Shown: one piece after another, positions 9,155 through 18,782 of the stretch
Position numbering within the stretch: the stretch's first letter is position 1
How the letters are laid out: every line of letters begins with the position of its first letter
Assembly: GCA_017633495.1 (NCBI GenBank)
Contig: JAGBPE010000112.1
Span: 1-47,669 of the forward strand
Direction of reading: 5' to 3'
DNA from: Bacteroidales bacterium
GTDB lineage: Bacteria > Bacteroidota > Bacteroidia > Bacteroidales > WCHB1-69
DNA length: 47,669 nt
Notes under the pieces: model-generated
Told to the model about the DNA's origin: nothing
Databases searched by the model: none
The model's input: only the letters and a program-made list of their open reading frames with translations
Program-made: the position numbers and the translations under genes

Positions 9155-10969
9155 TTAGTTGTCAGTATTGCGTTTTTCAGCGCGTTTGCGCTCGGTTTCG
9201 TCCAAAATGATCTTACGCACGCGCAGGCTCTGCGGCGTGATCTCCAAGTATTCGTCTTTAGCGATGAACTCCATGTACTGCTCCAAAGAATACTTGATAG
9301 CGGGAGCCAGCACTAGCTTCTCGTCGGAACCGGCGGCACGCATGTTGGAAAGCTTCTTTGACTTGCAGACGTTGATCACCAAGTCTCCCTGACGGATGTG
9401 CTCACCGATGATCTGACCGGCGTACACTTGGTCGTTCGGTTCGATGAAGAATCGGCCGCGGTCTTGCAGCTTGTTCAAAGAGTAAGCGTACGCTTGACCC
9501 GTCTCCATGGCGATGAGCGAACCGGCGTGACGGCCCGGGATATCGCCCTTCCAAGGTTGGAACTCAACGAAACGGTGGGAGATGATGGCCTCGCCTTCCG
9601 TGGCGGTCAGCAGCTGGTTGGTCAAACCGATAAGACCACGAGACGGAATCGTGAAGTTGAGGTGGACGCGGTCGTTCACGGTGTCCATCGACATCAACTC
9701 ACCCTTTCTTCTTGACACATGGTCGATTACACGGCTTGACATCTCTTCAGGAACCAGCACAGTGAGTTGCTCGATAGGTTCGCACTTCTGACCGTCAATC
9801 TCTTTGATAATCACCTGAGGCTGACCCACTTGCATCTCGTAACCCTCACGGCGCATCGTCTCAATGAGGATGGAGAGGTGCAGGATGCCGCGTCCGAAGA
9901 CGTTCAGACGGTCGGGAGAGTCGGTCTCCTCGATGCGCATAGCTAAGTTCTTCTCTAATTCGGCGAAGAGACGGTCGCGCAAGTGTCTGGAAGTAACGTA
10001 TTTACCCTCTTTTCCGAAGAACGGTGAGTTGTTGATGGTGAAGAGCATGCTCATGGTCGGCTCATCCACCTTGATGGGCGGCAGTTGCTCAGGATTCTCG
10101 AAATCGGCTACGGTGTCGCCAATTTCGAAGTCGTCGAGACCGAGCAGTGCGCAAATCTCACCAGCTTCGACGGGATTCTTGTATTTCTCTTTACCAAGTC
10201 CCTCAAACACATAAAGTTCCTTGATTTTGGAAGTCTGCACGGTGCCGTCGCGTTTCACCAAAGAGACGTTCTGACCCCATTGGATGGTGCCGCGTTTCAC
10301 ACGACCCACGGCGATACGACCCACGTAGGAAGAATAATCGAGGGAGGAGATCATCATCTGCAGGTTGCCCGGCTCCACTTTCGGGGCGGGAATTTGCTCG
10401 ATGATGGTGTCCAGCAGGTAAGAAATGTCGGTGGTCGGGTTTTGCCAGTCGGGACCCATCCAGCCGTTTTTGGCGGAACCGTATACGGTCGGGAAGTCCA
10501 GCTGTTCGTCGCTGGCACCGAGATTGAACATCAGTTCAAAGACGGCCTCTTGGGCGAGGTCGGGGTGACAGTTCGGCTTGTCAACCTTGTTGATGACCAC
10601 GATGGGTTTGAGTCCCAGCTCGATGGCCTTTTGTGTCACAAAACGAGTTTGTGGCATCGGGCCCTCAAAGGCGTCCACCACGAGGAGCACGCCGTCGGCC
10701 ATGTTGAGCACACGCTCCACCTCGCCGCCGAAGTCACTGTGACCGGGAGTGTCAATCACGTTGATTTTCACCCCTTTATATCTTACGGAAACATTCTTGG
10801 ACAAAATCGTGATCCCGCGTTCCCTTTCCAAATCGTTGTTATCCAGCACCAAATCCTGCACCTGCTGATTCTCACGGAATAGATGTGATTGGTATAAAAT
10901 TCTATCTACAAGCGTAGTTTTACCGTGGTCAACGTGCGCAATGATGGCGATGTTTCTGATATTCTGCAT
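9155..10969 (-). CDS. typA: Translational GTPase TypA/BipA
   Basis: [22 protein letters not shown].., [19 protein letters not shown]. 604 aa, the typical BipA length. Confidence 0.95.
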   Translation of the reverse strand: MQNIRNIAIIAHVDHGKTTLVDRILYQSHLFRENQQVQDLVLDNNDLERERGITILSKNVSVRYKGVKINVIDTPGHSDFGGEVERVLNMADGVLLVVDAFEGPMPQTRFVTQKAIELGLKPIVVINKVDKPNCHPDLAQEAVFELMFNLGASDEQLDFPTVYGSAKNGWMGPDWQNPTTDISYLLDTIIEQIPAPKVEPGNLQMMISSLDYSSYVGRIAVGRVKRGTIQWGQNVSLVKRDGTVQTSKIKELYVFEGLGKEKYKNPVEAGEICALLGLDDFEIGDTVADFENPEQLPPIKVDEPTMSMLFTINNSPFFGKEGKYVTSRHLRDRLFAELEKNLAMRIEETDSPDRLNVFGRGILHLSILIETMRREGYEMQVGQPQVIIKEIDGQKCEPIEQLTVLVPEEMSSRVIDHVSRRKGELMSMDTVNDRVHLNFTIPSRGLIGLTNQLLTATEGEAIISHRFVEFQPWKGDIPGRHAGSLIAMETGQAYAYSLNKLQDRGRFFIEPNDQVYAGQIIGEHIRQGDLVINVCKSKKLSNMRAAGSDEKLVLAPAIKYSLEQYMEFIAKDEYLEITPQSLRVRKIILDETERKRAEKRNTDN

Positions 10970-10994
10970 TTTACGTATTTTTTATAAAAACCTG

Positions 10995-11002
10995 CAAAGA
11001 TA
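10995..11002 (-). promoter_or_regulatory. Bacteroidota -7 box TATCTTTG (TAnnTTTG) for typA
   Basis: Matches the consensus 26 nt upstream of the ATG at 10969. Confidence 0.5.
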
Positions 11003-11012
11003 CACTTTTTTT

Positions 11013-11040
11013 GTAGAGACGATGTGCACACCGTCTCTAC
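11013..11040. repeat. 28-bp palindromic element, core type A (GTAGAGACGATGTGCACACCGTCTCTAC)
   Basis: Read directly from the sequence. One central mismatch. Flanked by T7 and A9 runs. Lies between the divergent typA and hypothetical-gene promoters. Confidence 0.9.
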
Positions 11041-11080
11041 AAAAAAAAATGAACCATCGTGTGTTGAATATGAATTTTTG

Positions 11081-11088
11081 TACCTTTG
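11081..11088 (+). promoter_or_regulatory. -7 box TACCTTTG for the 820-aa secreted protein gene
   Basis: Lies 35 nt upstream of the ATG at 11123. Confidence 0.5.
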
Positions 11089-11122
11089 CTAAATTAAATT
11101 GCGAGTATAAAAATTATAAGTT

Positions 11123-13585
11123 ATGAATATAAAGTCTACGCTTTCGATTTTTTCTATTGTGCTGTTTTTCAATGTTTTGCTGTTTGCGCAAACCGAAAAT
11201 CAGTATAGTAAGTTCGATCCTGTATCATTGAAGGAAAATGCCAAATATGTGCGGAATTTTGCGCCGAACAACTACGACGAGAAGATTCTGTACCAGTGTT
11301 TCACCGACATGGTGGATTTGGCGCGCGCCGAATTCCGCTACGTTCCGAAGCTGAAACATGATGTCAGTTTGGATTCTACAGCGCAGTTCCAAGCTGATTT
11401 TCAGGCATCTAAGGATGAGAAGACCTTGGAAAACAATGCTCCTTACAAAACCACCTTTTTCCGCTTGCGTAAGTATGGTTTGTCGGGCAACGGTGATGAG
11501 CTGGTTGCCAAAGCGAAAGCCTACATGGGCGAGACCGAGTACTCCTACTACGACCTTTGCCTCTCGCTGGTGCAGTCCATCCTCAAAAACGTGAAGACTG
11601 CCGACGTGATGCTCAACGAGCAGTATACCTACATGGGCTTTGGCTACAACACTGACGCTGCCATGAAGAGCTTGTACGTCTCCCTCGTGCTGACCAACGA
11701 CCGGGCGTTCAACCACTATAAGGCAGGATTCAACGAAAAGGATGTCCCCTACACCAAAGGGCAGGCCGGACTGAAGGGTTATGACGAGAAGGTTTGCAAG
11801 AAATGCGCCACGGAACCTGGACTCGAAGTGCTGTCTGAATACGTGTCCGTGAACAAAAACGGTGAAATCTACCTTACCTGTGACAATTACAAAGAGTTGA
11901 AACGTCTCATCGGCAAGGAGGGCGACGCCATCGCCATCGACCTCGTGCAGGAGGGACAGTATGAGTGCGACAACCACCAAGTGGACTACGATCTTTACCA
12001 TCGCGGCGTGGTCACCAAACCCATCACCTTCGAAAAGATAATGGCTGCCAATGAGAATGCCAATCTCAAATCCGGTAAGCTGATTGCCAAGTTGGGCAAC
12101 CTTCCCGACAATGTGGATGACAATAAAGGGTTGGATATCATTGTCTTAGTGCTGAAAGAAGGAAACCACGTCTGCCGCTCCGTCATGGCAAAACATATTG
12201 AGAGCAAGGGCGCCGACTACACTGAAAAGATTAACTTCGTGAAGGACGAAACTGGCATCAAGAGCACTGGCGAGTGGGTGATTTCCCCTGAAGACGGCAC
12301 CGTAAGCGTCTCATTCCCATACGACGCCAAGAAGACCGACTACACTGCCGCTGGTTTCAACTTGGACAAGAAAGATCCTGACCTTCCGCAATATAGGGTC
12401 AACAGCGTGGAGCTGATTTCCCACATCTCCCCCGATTACTATCAAGATCCGGCTTATAAAACCATCCAAGAGAAGCGTGTCGCTTCCATCAAAAAGGATC
12501 TGCAACGCTACTTCCCCGGCATGGAAATCACGGTGGTTTACGACTATTGCTGGGATCAGTTCAAGGAGAAAATCACCCAACATGAGGAATATTACGATTT
12601 GAGTTTCAAGACGTTGGAGGAAGGTGCCAAGGAACTGCGCATGTATAATCGCTATGCCGCCAAGGTGCTTGATTCTGCCTACTTGGCTCCGCTGCGTACG
12701 ATGGAACTTCGTCAAAATGTGACCTACTATGCTGACTCCCCATCTGGCGAGGAGGCTTTCGCTCTTTGGAAATTCAACAACGCGGTCACCAATCCCAAGA
12801 ACCTCGGATTCGCTATGTCGGTAGAAAATTACATCCTCAACCAAGTTGAAAAGGGTAAATTCTCCTCTCTCTCTCTCGAAAAGATGAACATTCCGTTCAA
12901 GAAAGAGTACCAAACGATGCTGAATAACAAGTTGTACGCTCAATACTACAAGAGTTCCAAGATGACGGCTGCGATTGCCGAACAGATGACGAAAATCTAC
13001 AACCTCAACCCGAACAACCAGTTGCTGCTCTACAACACTACCGTGTGCGATGTGTTGGCCGCTAGCATCAACTCCCCGGCTGATATCCTCAAGACGCAGG
13101 CCACCATCGACCGCCTCTACAGCATTCCCGCCATCCCGAAGGATCGCGTGAACAGCCTCAACTTAGAGTATCAGTTCAAGATTATCAACTACTTGGACAC
13201 GGTGCCCGCCACCACTGAGACTACCGCTTTGTTGAATACTACTTATCAGAAAATCAAAGAGATACGTAATGACAAGATGGATAGCTGGAAGAACGCTTTC
13301 AAACTGGCTTCCTACTTTAACAAACGTTACGATTACATGTATTCATTGTCGTTGATGACCCCGTTCCTCGACGACCCGACCATCTCCGAAGACTTCATCT
13401 TCTCTTACGTTTCATTGGCTGCCCACCGCGAGGAGACCTACCTCAGCGGACTCTTCACCAAAGCGGTGAAACTGGCCGCCGAGAAGAATCCCGTGCGTCT
13501 GTGCGGTCTGGTGGACAAATTGCCGACTTGTATTTTAGAGAACGAAGAGGCTAAAAAGATAATCTGTAAAGCTTGTAATAGGTAG
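11123..13585 (+). CDS. Secreted hypothetical protein (820 aa), possibly with an N-terminal CAP/SCP-like domain
   Basis: Has a signal peptide (MNIKSTLSIFSIVLFFNVLLFAQ) and no motif I can name with certainty. Long uninterrupted ORF with a TAnnTTTG box upstream. Confidence 0.7.
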   Translation: MNIKSTLSIFSIVLFFNVLLFAQTENQYSKFDPVSLKENAKYVRNFAPNNYDEKILYQCFTDMVDLARAEFRYVPKLKHDVSLDSTAQFQADFQASKDEKTLENNAPYKTTFFRLRKYGLSGNGDELVAKAKAYMGETEYSYYDLCLSLVQSILKNVKTADVMLNEQYTYMGFGYNTDAAMKSLYVSLVLTNDRAFNHYKAGFNEKDVPYTKGQAGLKGYDEKVCKKCATEPGLEVLSEYVSVNKNGEIYLTCDNYKELKRLIGKEGDAIAIDLVQEGQYECDNHQVDYDLYHRGVVTKPITFEKIMAANENANLKSGKLIAKLGNLPDNVDDNKGLDIIVLVLKEGNHVCRSVMAKHIESKGADYTEKINFVKDETGIKSTGEWVISPEDGTVSVSFPYDAKKTDYTAAGFNLDKKDPDLPQYRVNSVELISHISPDYYQDPAYKTIQEKRVASIKKDLQRYFPGMEITVVYDYCWDQFKEKITQHEEYYDLSFKTLEEGAKELRMYNRYAAKVLDSAYLAPLRTMELRQNVTYYADSPSGEEAFALWKFNNAVTNPKNLGFAMSVENYILNQVEKGKFSSLSLEKMNIPFKKEYQTMLNNKLYAQYYKSSKMTAAIAEQMTKIYNLNPNNQLLLYNTTVCDVLAASINSPADILKTQATIDRLYSIPAIPKDRVNSLNLEYQFKIINYLDTVPATTETTALLNTTYQKIKEIRNDKMDSWKNAFKLASYFNKRYDYMYSLSLMTPFLDDPTISEDFIFSYVSLAAHREETYLSGLFTKAVKLAAEKNPVRLCGLVDKLPTCILENEEAKKIICKACNR

Positions 13586-13621
13586 TTTCAGGTTTCAGGT
13601 TTCAAGTTTCAGTTTTCAAAG
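13586..13621. repeat. Heptad tandem repeat TTTCAGG x2, TTTCAAG, TTTCAG, TTTTCAAAG
   Basis: Begins immediately after the TAG stop (13583-13585) of the 820-aa gene and ends 14 nt before the rluD start. Confidence 0.85.
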
Positions 13622-13635
13622 CAAAGCCAAACTCT

Positions 13636-14676
13636 ATGGTGGATACTGGAAAGAATCCAGAGGAAAAAGACGAATTATACGAACATTTTCGGTTCGAGGT
13701 GACAGCGGGGACGGAAATGCTCCGCATCGATAAGTACCTTTTCAATCTGATTGCGAACACGTCGCGCAACAAAGTGCAGCAGGCGGCAAAGGCGGATTGT
13801 ATCCTGGTGAACGGTAAACCCGTGAAGCAGAACTACAAGGTGCGCCCCGGCGACACCATCTCCGTGTTGATGCCCAACCCGCCCAACGACACCGAAATTC
13901 TGCCCGAGGACATTCCTTTAAATATAGTATATGAAGACGCTGACCTGTTGATTGTCAACAAGGAGGCTGGCATGGTAGTGCATCCCGCTTACGGCAACTA
14001 CACCGGCACGCTCGTCAATGCGCTTTACTACTACCTGCGCGACCAAAAACTGGAGGATGGCTCGCCCATGAAACCGCTGTTGGTACACCGTATCGATAAG
14101 AACACCTCCGGACTGTTGGCGATTACCAAGAACGAATTAGCGCAGATGCGGTTGGCGAAGACCTTCTTCGACCACGACCTTGAACGTCGCTACTGGGCCT
14201 TGGTATGGGGTGACATGGAAGGAGATTCCGGCACGATAGTCGGCAATGTAGGGCGCAACCCAAAAGACCGCATGGTGATGACCGTTTTCCCCGAAGGCAG
14301 CGACCAAGGCAAACACGCCGTTACACACTGGCGTGTGGTGGAGCGCTTCGGCTACGTCACGCTGATCGAGTGCCAGTTGGAAACCGGTCGTACGCACCAG
14401 ATCCGCGTGCATCTACAGCACATCGGGCATCCGCTTTTCAACGACGAAGCATACGGCGGCAACCGCATCCTTAAAGGCACCACCTTCACGAAATACCAGC
14501 AGTTCATTCGCAACTGTTTCGCACTGATGCCGCGTCAGGCACTGCACGCCAAATCGTTGGGTTTCAAACACCCCATCACAGGCAAGATGATACAGTTCGA
14601 GTCGGAACTGCCCGAAGATTTCGCCGCCGTTTTGGATAAATGGCGGAACTACGGGAAGCAGAATTTCGAGCGTTAA
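13636..14676 (+). CDS. rluD: RluA/RluD-family 23S rRNA pseudouridine synthase
   Basis: S4-like N-terminus, catalytic HRIDKNTSGLL, and GRTHQIRVHL. Confidence 0.92.
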   Translation: MVDTGKNPEEKDELYEHFRFEVTAGTEMLRIDKYLFNLIANTSRNKVQQAAKADCILVNGKPVKQNYKVRPGDTISVLMPNPPNDTEILPEDIPLNIVYEDADLLIVNKEAGMVVHPAYGNYTGTLVNALYYYLRDQKLEDGSPMKPLLVHRIDKNTSGLLAITKNELAQMRLAKTFFDHDLERRYWALVWGDMEGDSGTIVGNVGRNPKDRMVMTVFPEGSDQGKHAVTHWRVVERFGYVTLIECQLETGRTHQIRVHLQHIGHPLFNDEAYGGNRILKGTTFTKYQQFIRNCFALMPRQALHAKSLGFKHPITGKMIQFESELPEDFAAVLDKWRNYGKQNFER

Positions 14677-14701
14677 GTACTGTTAAAAGAGGGAAATTGT
14701 T

Positions 14702-15481
14702 TTAAGCAGGAAAGAGGCCGAAGAAGGCTGAACCGCTGCCCGACATGGAGGCGTAAAGTGCGCCTTCCTGGTAAAGCTCGTCCTTAATCTGTTGTAATTC
14801 TGGAATCTTTACGAACAACGATTCTTCAAAATCGTTGACCACCAGATTGTTCCATTTTTCAGGGGTGGATTTCAGAACCTCAGGAAGGAACACATCAGAC
14901 TCGTGCGGGGTTACGCCTGCGTATGCCTCTTTGGTGGAGATGTGGATGTCAGGTTTAACGATTTTTAACCGATATGCAGAGAGATCCAAATCAATCGGGG
15001 TCATCACCTCTCCGCGCCCCGTGGCATATACCGGAGTGTTGTAGAGGAAGAAGGGCACGTCACTGCCCAACTGCAGGGCATATTCCACCATTTTCTCCTC
15101 AGAGATAGGCAGTTGGAATATGTCGCGCAGCATCTTGAGGGTGAAAGCGGCATCTGCAGAACCGCCGCCCAAACCGGCACCCGACGGAATCCCTTTCGTG
15201 AGGAAAATCTCCACATTGGAGATGCCAAAATCGTTTTGCAACATCTTGAACGCTTTGATACAAAGGTTGTTGTCGGGACTTCCCAAATCCTCCTTGCTCT
15301 CCATCTTGAACAGAATCTCCGCATTGGCGGGGGAGATGCGCAAGGTATCCGTAAAGAAATCTGTGGGATAAAAAACCGTCTGCAAATCGTGGAATCCGTC
15401 TTCGCGCTTGCGGATGATCTGCAGACCGATGTTGATTTTGGCGTTGACTTTCGCCTCTACAGGCTCAAAATCTCTCCTCAT
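14702..15481 (-). CDS. ispE: 4-(cytidine 5'-diphospho)-2-C-methyl-D-erythritol kinase
   Basis: KINIGLQIIRKREDGFHDL and the GHMP kinase motif IPSGAGLGGGSADAA. Confidence 0.92.
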   Translation of the reverse strand: MRRDFEPVEAKVNAKINIGLQIIRKREDGFHDLQTVFYPTDFFTDTLRISPANAEILFKMESKEDLGSPDNNLCIKAFKMLQNDFGISNVEIFLTKGIPSGAGLGGGSADAAFTLKMLRDIFQLPISEEKMVEYALQLGSDVPFFLYNTPVYATGRGEVMTPIDLDLSAYRLKIVKPDIHISTKEAYAGVTPHESDVFLPEVLKSTPEKWNNLVVNDFEESLFVKIPELQQIKDELYQEGALYASMSGSGSAFFGLFPA

Positions 15482-16353
15482 ATTTTAATATTGTCAAAAT
15501 TCTTGCCGAAAACGCTGGCGGTTTTCGAAATGGTGATGAAAGCGTCGGGGTCTATCTCCTTGATAATGCGGGTGATGACGCTCTTGTCGGTTCTGTGTGC
15601 CACTATCAGCAGCACGTCCTTCTCCTGATGATTGTAGGAACCGTAACCTTTCAGGAACGTAGCGCCTCGATGCAGGGTGGAACTGATCTTCTGTGCAATC
15701 TCCTCGTTCTTCAAGGAGAAGACCATGAACTGGTAGGTCTGTCGGTAACCGTCTATCACCAAGTCAGATACAATGATGGAGACGAGCAGCACCACGAAGC
15801 TGTAAACCAGTCGTTGTACATCGTGGATCACGAAGTAGGAGCTGCCCACGATGAGGATGTTGCAAGCCAAACTGATGCGACCGTAGGAGATGTTGCGGTA
15901 CTTGCCAATCATCAGCGCAATGATGTCGATGCCGCCGGTGTTGCCGCCCCAGTTGATGGACATGCCGATGCCGAAAGCCGCAATCGCCGACCCGATGATG
16001 ACGCTCATAAACATGTCGTCCACAATCGGCTTTGGGAACAGCGGCTGCCATACGGAGAAGAATCCGCTCATTACCACAGTACAAATCAACGAGTTAACGC
16101 AAAATTTCGTGCCTAACACGCGCCACGCAATCGCGATGAGCACGGCATTGAGCACAAACGTGGTGACACCTATGGGAATCTTTCCGGTGGCGAAATAGAT
16201 GATGGAGGCCGCGCCTGCCACGCCGCCACCCGACACTTCGTAAGGAATCAGGAACGCCGCCCACCCGAAAGTAAACAGGCATAAACCGAGGAAGATGAAA
16301 AAGTAGTTCTTCACCTCCTGCAGCACTTTCTTGGTGGTCAGCTTGTTTTCCAT
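15478..16353 (-). CDS. YitT-family membrane protein (DUF2179 C-terminal domain)
   Basis: 5-6 TM helices plus a C-terminal soluble domain (ATFLKGYGSYN..VLLIV). 4-nt ATGA overlap with ispE. Confidence 0.8.
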   Translation of the reverse strand: MENKLTTKKVLQEVKNYFFIFLGLCLFTFGWAAFLIPYEVSGGGVAGAASIIYFATGKIPIGVTTFVLNAVLIAIAWRVLGTKFCVNSLICTVVMSGFFSVWQPLFPKPIVDDMFMSVIIGSAIAAFGIGMSINWGGNTGGIDIIALMIGKYRNISYGRISLACNILIVGSSYFVIHDVQRLVYSFVVLLVSIIVSDLVIDGYRQTYQFMVFSLKNEEIAQKISSTLHRGATFLKGYGSYNHQEKDVLLIVAHRTDKSVITRIIKEIDPDAFITISKTASVFGKNFDNIKI

Positions 16354-16359
16354 AATACT

Positions 16360-17289
16360 TTATTCTTCAAATTTGTTGTTGGAAATCAACTCGTTAAGCC
16401 AATTCTTGAACAGGGTGATATACGCCCCGTTGAAGATGTGCTTGAACATATAGCGATCTTCGCCATAGTCTTGTTGAATCTCCTCTGGATGCACTAACGG
16501 CATGATGGGGTAGGCGTTGCGCTTCAAGTGGCGGATTTTGCGTTCCGCCTGCTTGCGGAAGCCCATGTTAGTCACCAAGTTAAGGTACGGGGTGATGCTC
16601 AAGCCCTCGTGCGCCCAGATGTGGAAGTTGTACTGGGAAGCCCAGTGTGTTGCCTTGTACTTCTTGAGGCTGTTGAACCGGTTGATCCAGTAGAGCTTCT
16701 GTCTTTTTTTCTTCATGTAGGGCTCAATCATCTTCTCGAAATCCTCCTTGGTGTATTGGTCCATGGAGAGCGAGAAGTCGGTCCAGCGGTTTTTCCACGT
16801 CGCAAAGCCCCACGTTGAGGCGTAAGCGGAGAAGAAATAGGAGGATTCGCCCTTCTTCATGCGCTTTTTGTATCTTTTCCGGCTCCGATGCCGCCAATAG
16901 AAGCCGCCGATACTGAAAATTTTCTTGTCGTTGCGATACTTTTCGAGCAGCTGTTCGCAATAGGGGAAGAAATCATACCCAGGAACGGTGTCTTCGAAAA
17001 GGATGATGCCTTCGTCCTCGTGCTCGAAAAACCATTTCATGGCTGTGGCAATCATCTGGGACTTGCCCAGATGATTGTCTTGCCATAATTTATGCACTTG
17101 GCACGGCCACTCGGGTTGAATGACGGCGCGAGTCTGATAGACGTGCATACGGTCCAGTTCGGAATCCGGTTTGGCCGCATCGCCCGCCACATACAACTCG
17201 GTGGGTTGCACCGTGCGCAAAACTTGAAATACGTCGTGTGTTTCCTCTATTCTATTATATAATATGAGTAGAACAGGAACTTTGAACAT
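16360..17289 (-). CDS. GT-A fold nucleotide-diphospho-sugar transferase (GNT-I/'HlpA-like' family)
   Basis: Starts VPVLLILYNRIEETHDVFQ.. and has an acidic EDT/ED region. The family assignment is from memory of similar Bacteroidales proteins. Confidence 0.55.
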   Translation of the reverse strand: MFKVPVLLILYNRIEETHDVFQVLRTVQPTELYVAGDAAKPDSELDRMHVYQTRAVIQPEWPCQVHKLWQDNHLGKSQMIATAMKWFFEHEDEGIILFEDTVPGYDFFPYCEQLLEKYRNDKKIFSIGGFYWRHRSRKRYKKRMKKGESSYFFSAYASTWGFATWKNRWTDFSLSMDQYTKEDFEKMIEPYMKKKRQKLYWINRFNSLKKYKATHWASQYNFHIWAHEGLSITPYLNLVTNMGFRKQAERKIRHLKRNAYPIMPLVHPEEIQQDYGEDRYMFKHIFNGAYITLFKNWLNELISNNKFEE

Positions 17290-17310
17290 ATTTTTGAGAA
17301 TTCGTGAATA

Positions 17311-18576
17311 TTAAGCTAATTCGTGGATGACAAGGCCTGAACGGAGCTTCGGCTCGAACCAGGTGGTCTTAGGAGGCATGATGTTGCCCGTGTCGGCGAT
17401 GTCGATGATCTGCTGCATAGAAACGGGATACAAAGCGAAAGCCACTTTCATCTCGCCGTTGTCCACGCGACGTTTCAGTTCGCTCAAACCGCGGATACCA
17501 CCCACGAAATCGATGCGCTTGTCTGTACGGAGATCCTTGATACCTAAGATCTTATCCAAGACATGGTCGCTGAGGATCTTCACATCCAGCACGCCGATAG
17601 GATCGTTGTCGTCGTATTTGCCGGGCTTAGCGGTCATCTTGTACCACTTGCCATCCAGATACATGCTGAACTCATGCAGTTTAGCGGGTTTGTAAATTTC
17701 GGCACCCATCTCTTCCACGGTATAAGCCTCGTTCAAAGCGTTGAGGAACTGCTCCTTGGTGAGACCATTGAGATCCTTCACCACGCGGTTGTAGTCGATG
17801 ACGTTGAGCTGGTTGTCCGGGAAAATCACGGTCATGAAGTAGTTGTACTCCTCTTTGCCGGTGTGGTGCGGGTTGTGCTCTTTCTTCTCCTGACCCACGA
17901 GAGCGGCAGCGGCACTGCGGTGGTGACCATCAGCGATGTACATAGCGGGAACCTGCTTGTCGAAGATCTCCACCAGTTCGTCGATGAGTTTACGGTCGTC
18001 AATCACCCAGAAACGGTGACCGAAACCGTCTTCCTTAGCCACGAAGTCGTAAATCGGGGCGTTTGCGGTCACAGAAGCCACGATTTCGTCGATGCGAGCT
18101 ATAGCAGGGTAAGCGAAGAAAACGGGCTCCACGTTAGCGTTGGTGATGCGCACGTGTTTCATGCGGTCTTCCTCTTTGTCCTTACGGGTGAGCTCGTGTT
18201 TCTTGATGATCTTGTTGACGTAGTCCTCGCTGTAAGCGCAAGCCACGATACCATATTGCCAGCGGGCGTTGGGTTCCGTGGGGTTCATGCTCTGGGCGTA
18301 GATGTAGAGTTTCTCCTCTTTATCTTGAACCAGCCAGCCGTAATCCTTGAAGCTGTTGTAATTCTTCACCACCTGAAGGTAAACCTCGGGAGAGTGTTCG
18401 TCGGTGCCGACGGGAAGGTCGATTTCGGCCTTGGTCACGTGCAGCAGGCTATAGGGGTTGCCTTCGCACTCTTTGCGGGCCTCTTCGGAGTTCAACACGT
18501 CGTAGGGACGGGAAGCTAATTTTTCAACGATTTCTTTGGGAGGACGGAATCCTCTAAAGGGTTTGATTACTGACAT
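17311..18576 (-). CDS. DUF1015 domain-containing protein
   Basis: The N-terminus MSVIKPFRGFRP..RPYDVL and the ADGHHR motif are typical of DUF1015. Confidence 0.85.
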   Translation of the reverse strand: MSVIKPFRGFRPPKEIVEKLASRPYDVLNSEEARKECEGNPYSLLHVTKAEIDLPVGTDEHSPEVYLQVVKNYNSFKDYGWLVQDKEEKLYIYAQSMNPTEPNARWQYGIVACAYSEDYVNKIIKKHELTRKDKEEDRMKHVRITNANVEPVFFAYPAIARIDEIVASVTANAPIYDFVAKEDGFGHRFWVIDDRKLIDELVEIFDKQVPAMYIADGHHRSAAAALVGQEKKEHNPHHTGKEEYNYFMTVIFPDNQLNVIDYNRVVKDLNGLTKEQFLNALNEAYTVEEMGAEIYKPAKLHEFSMYLDGKWYKMTAKPGKYDDNDPIGVLDVKILSDHVLDKILGIKDLRTDKRIDFVGGIRGLSELKRRVDNGEMKVAFALYPVSMQQIIDIADTGNIMPPKTTWFEPKLRSGLVIHELA

Positions 18577-18640
18577 ATCTTCTTAATTTATTGATGATTA
18601 ATTGATTTAGTCTTATTTCAAGTCTTTTTGAAATCAACGG

Positions 18641-18648
18641 CAAAAATA
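18641..18648 (-). promoter_or_regulatory. -7 box TATTTTTG for the DUF1015 gene string
   Basis: Lies 65 nt upstream of the ATG at 18576. Confidence 0.4.
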
Positions 18649-18661
18649 CAAAAAAAAATTG

Positions 18662-18669
18662 TACTTTTG
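18662..18669 (+). promoter_or_regulatory. -7 box TACTTTTG for metK
   Basis: Lies about 114 nt upstream of the metK ATG, which implies a long leader. Confidence 0.45.
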
Positions 18670-18782
18670 CCGCCGAAAATTCGTGGACAGATTTGTTATG
18701 ATTGCAACCACAGAAAAAAATGCTAAACCATTTTCTTCCACAATTTTCAGTTTTTTATTTTTAACAATTTAAATTACTGATT

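Noticed and set aside
11013-11040. The palindrome arms contain outward-facing GAGACG/CGTCTC (BsmBI/Esp3I) sites, like a Golden-Gate drop-out cassette, which could suggest engineered DNA.
   Set aside because: There are five dispersed copies with point variation and two core types. One is translated within dxs and one overlaps a native stop codon. This pattern fits a natural repeat family, not a cloning scar.
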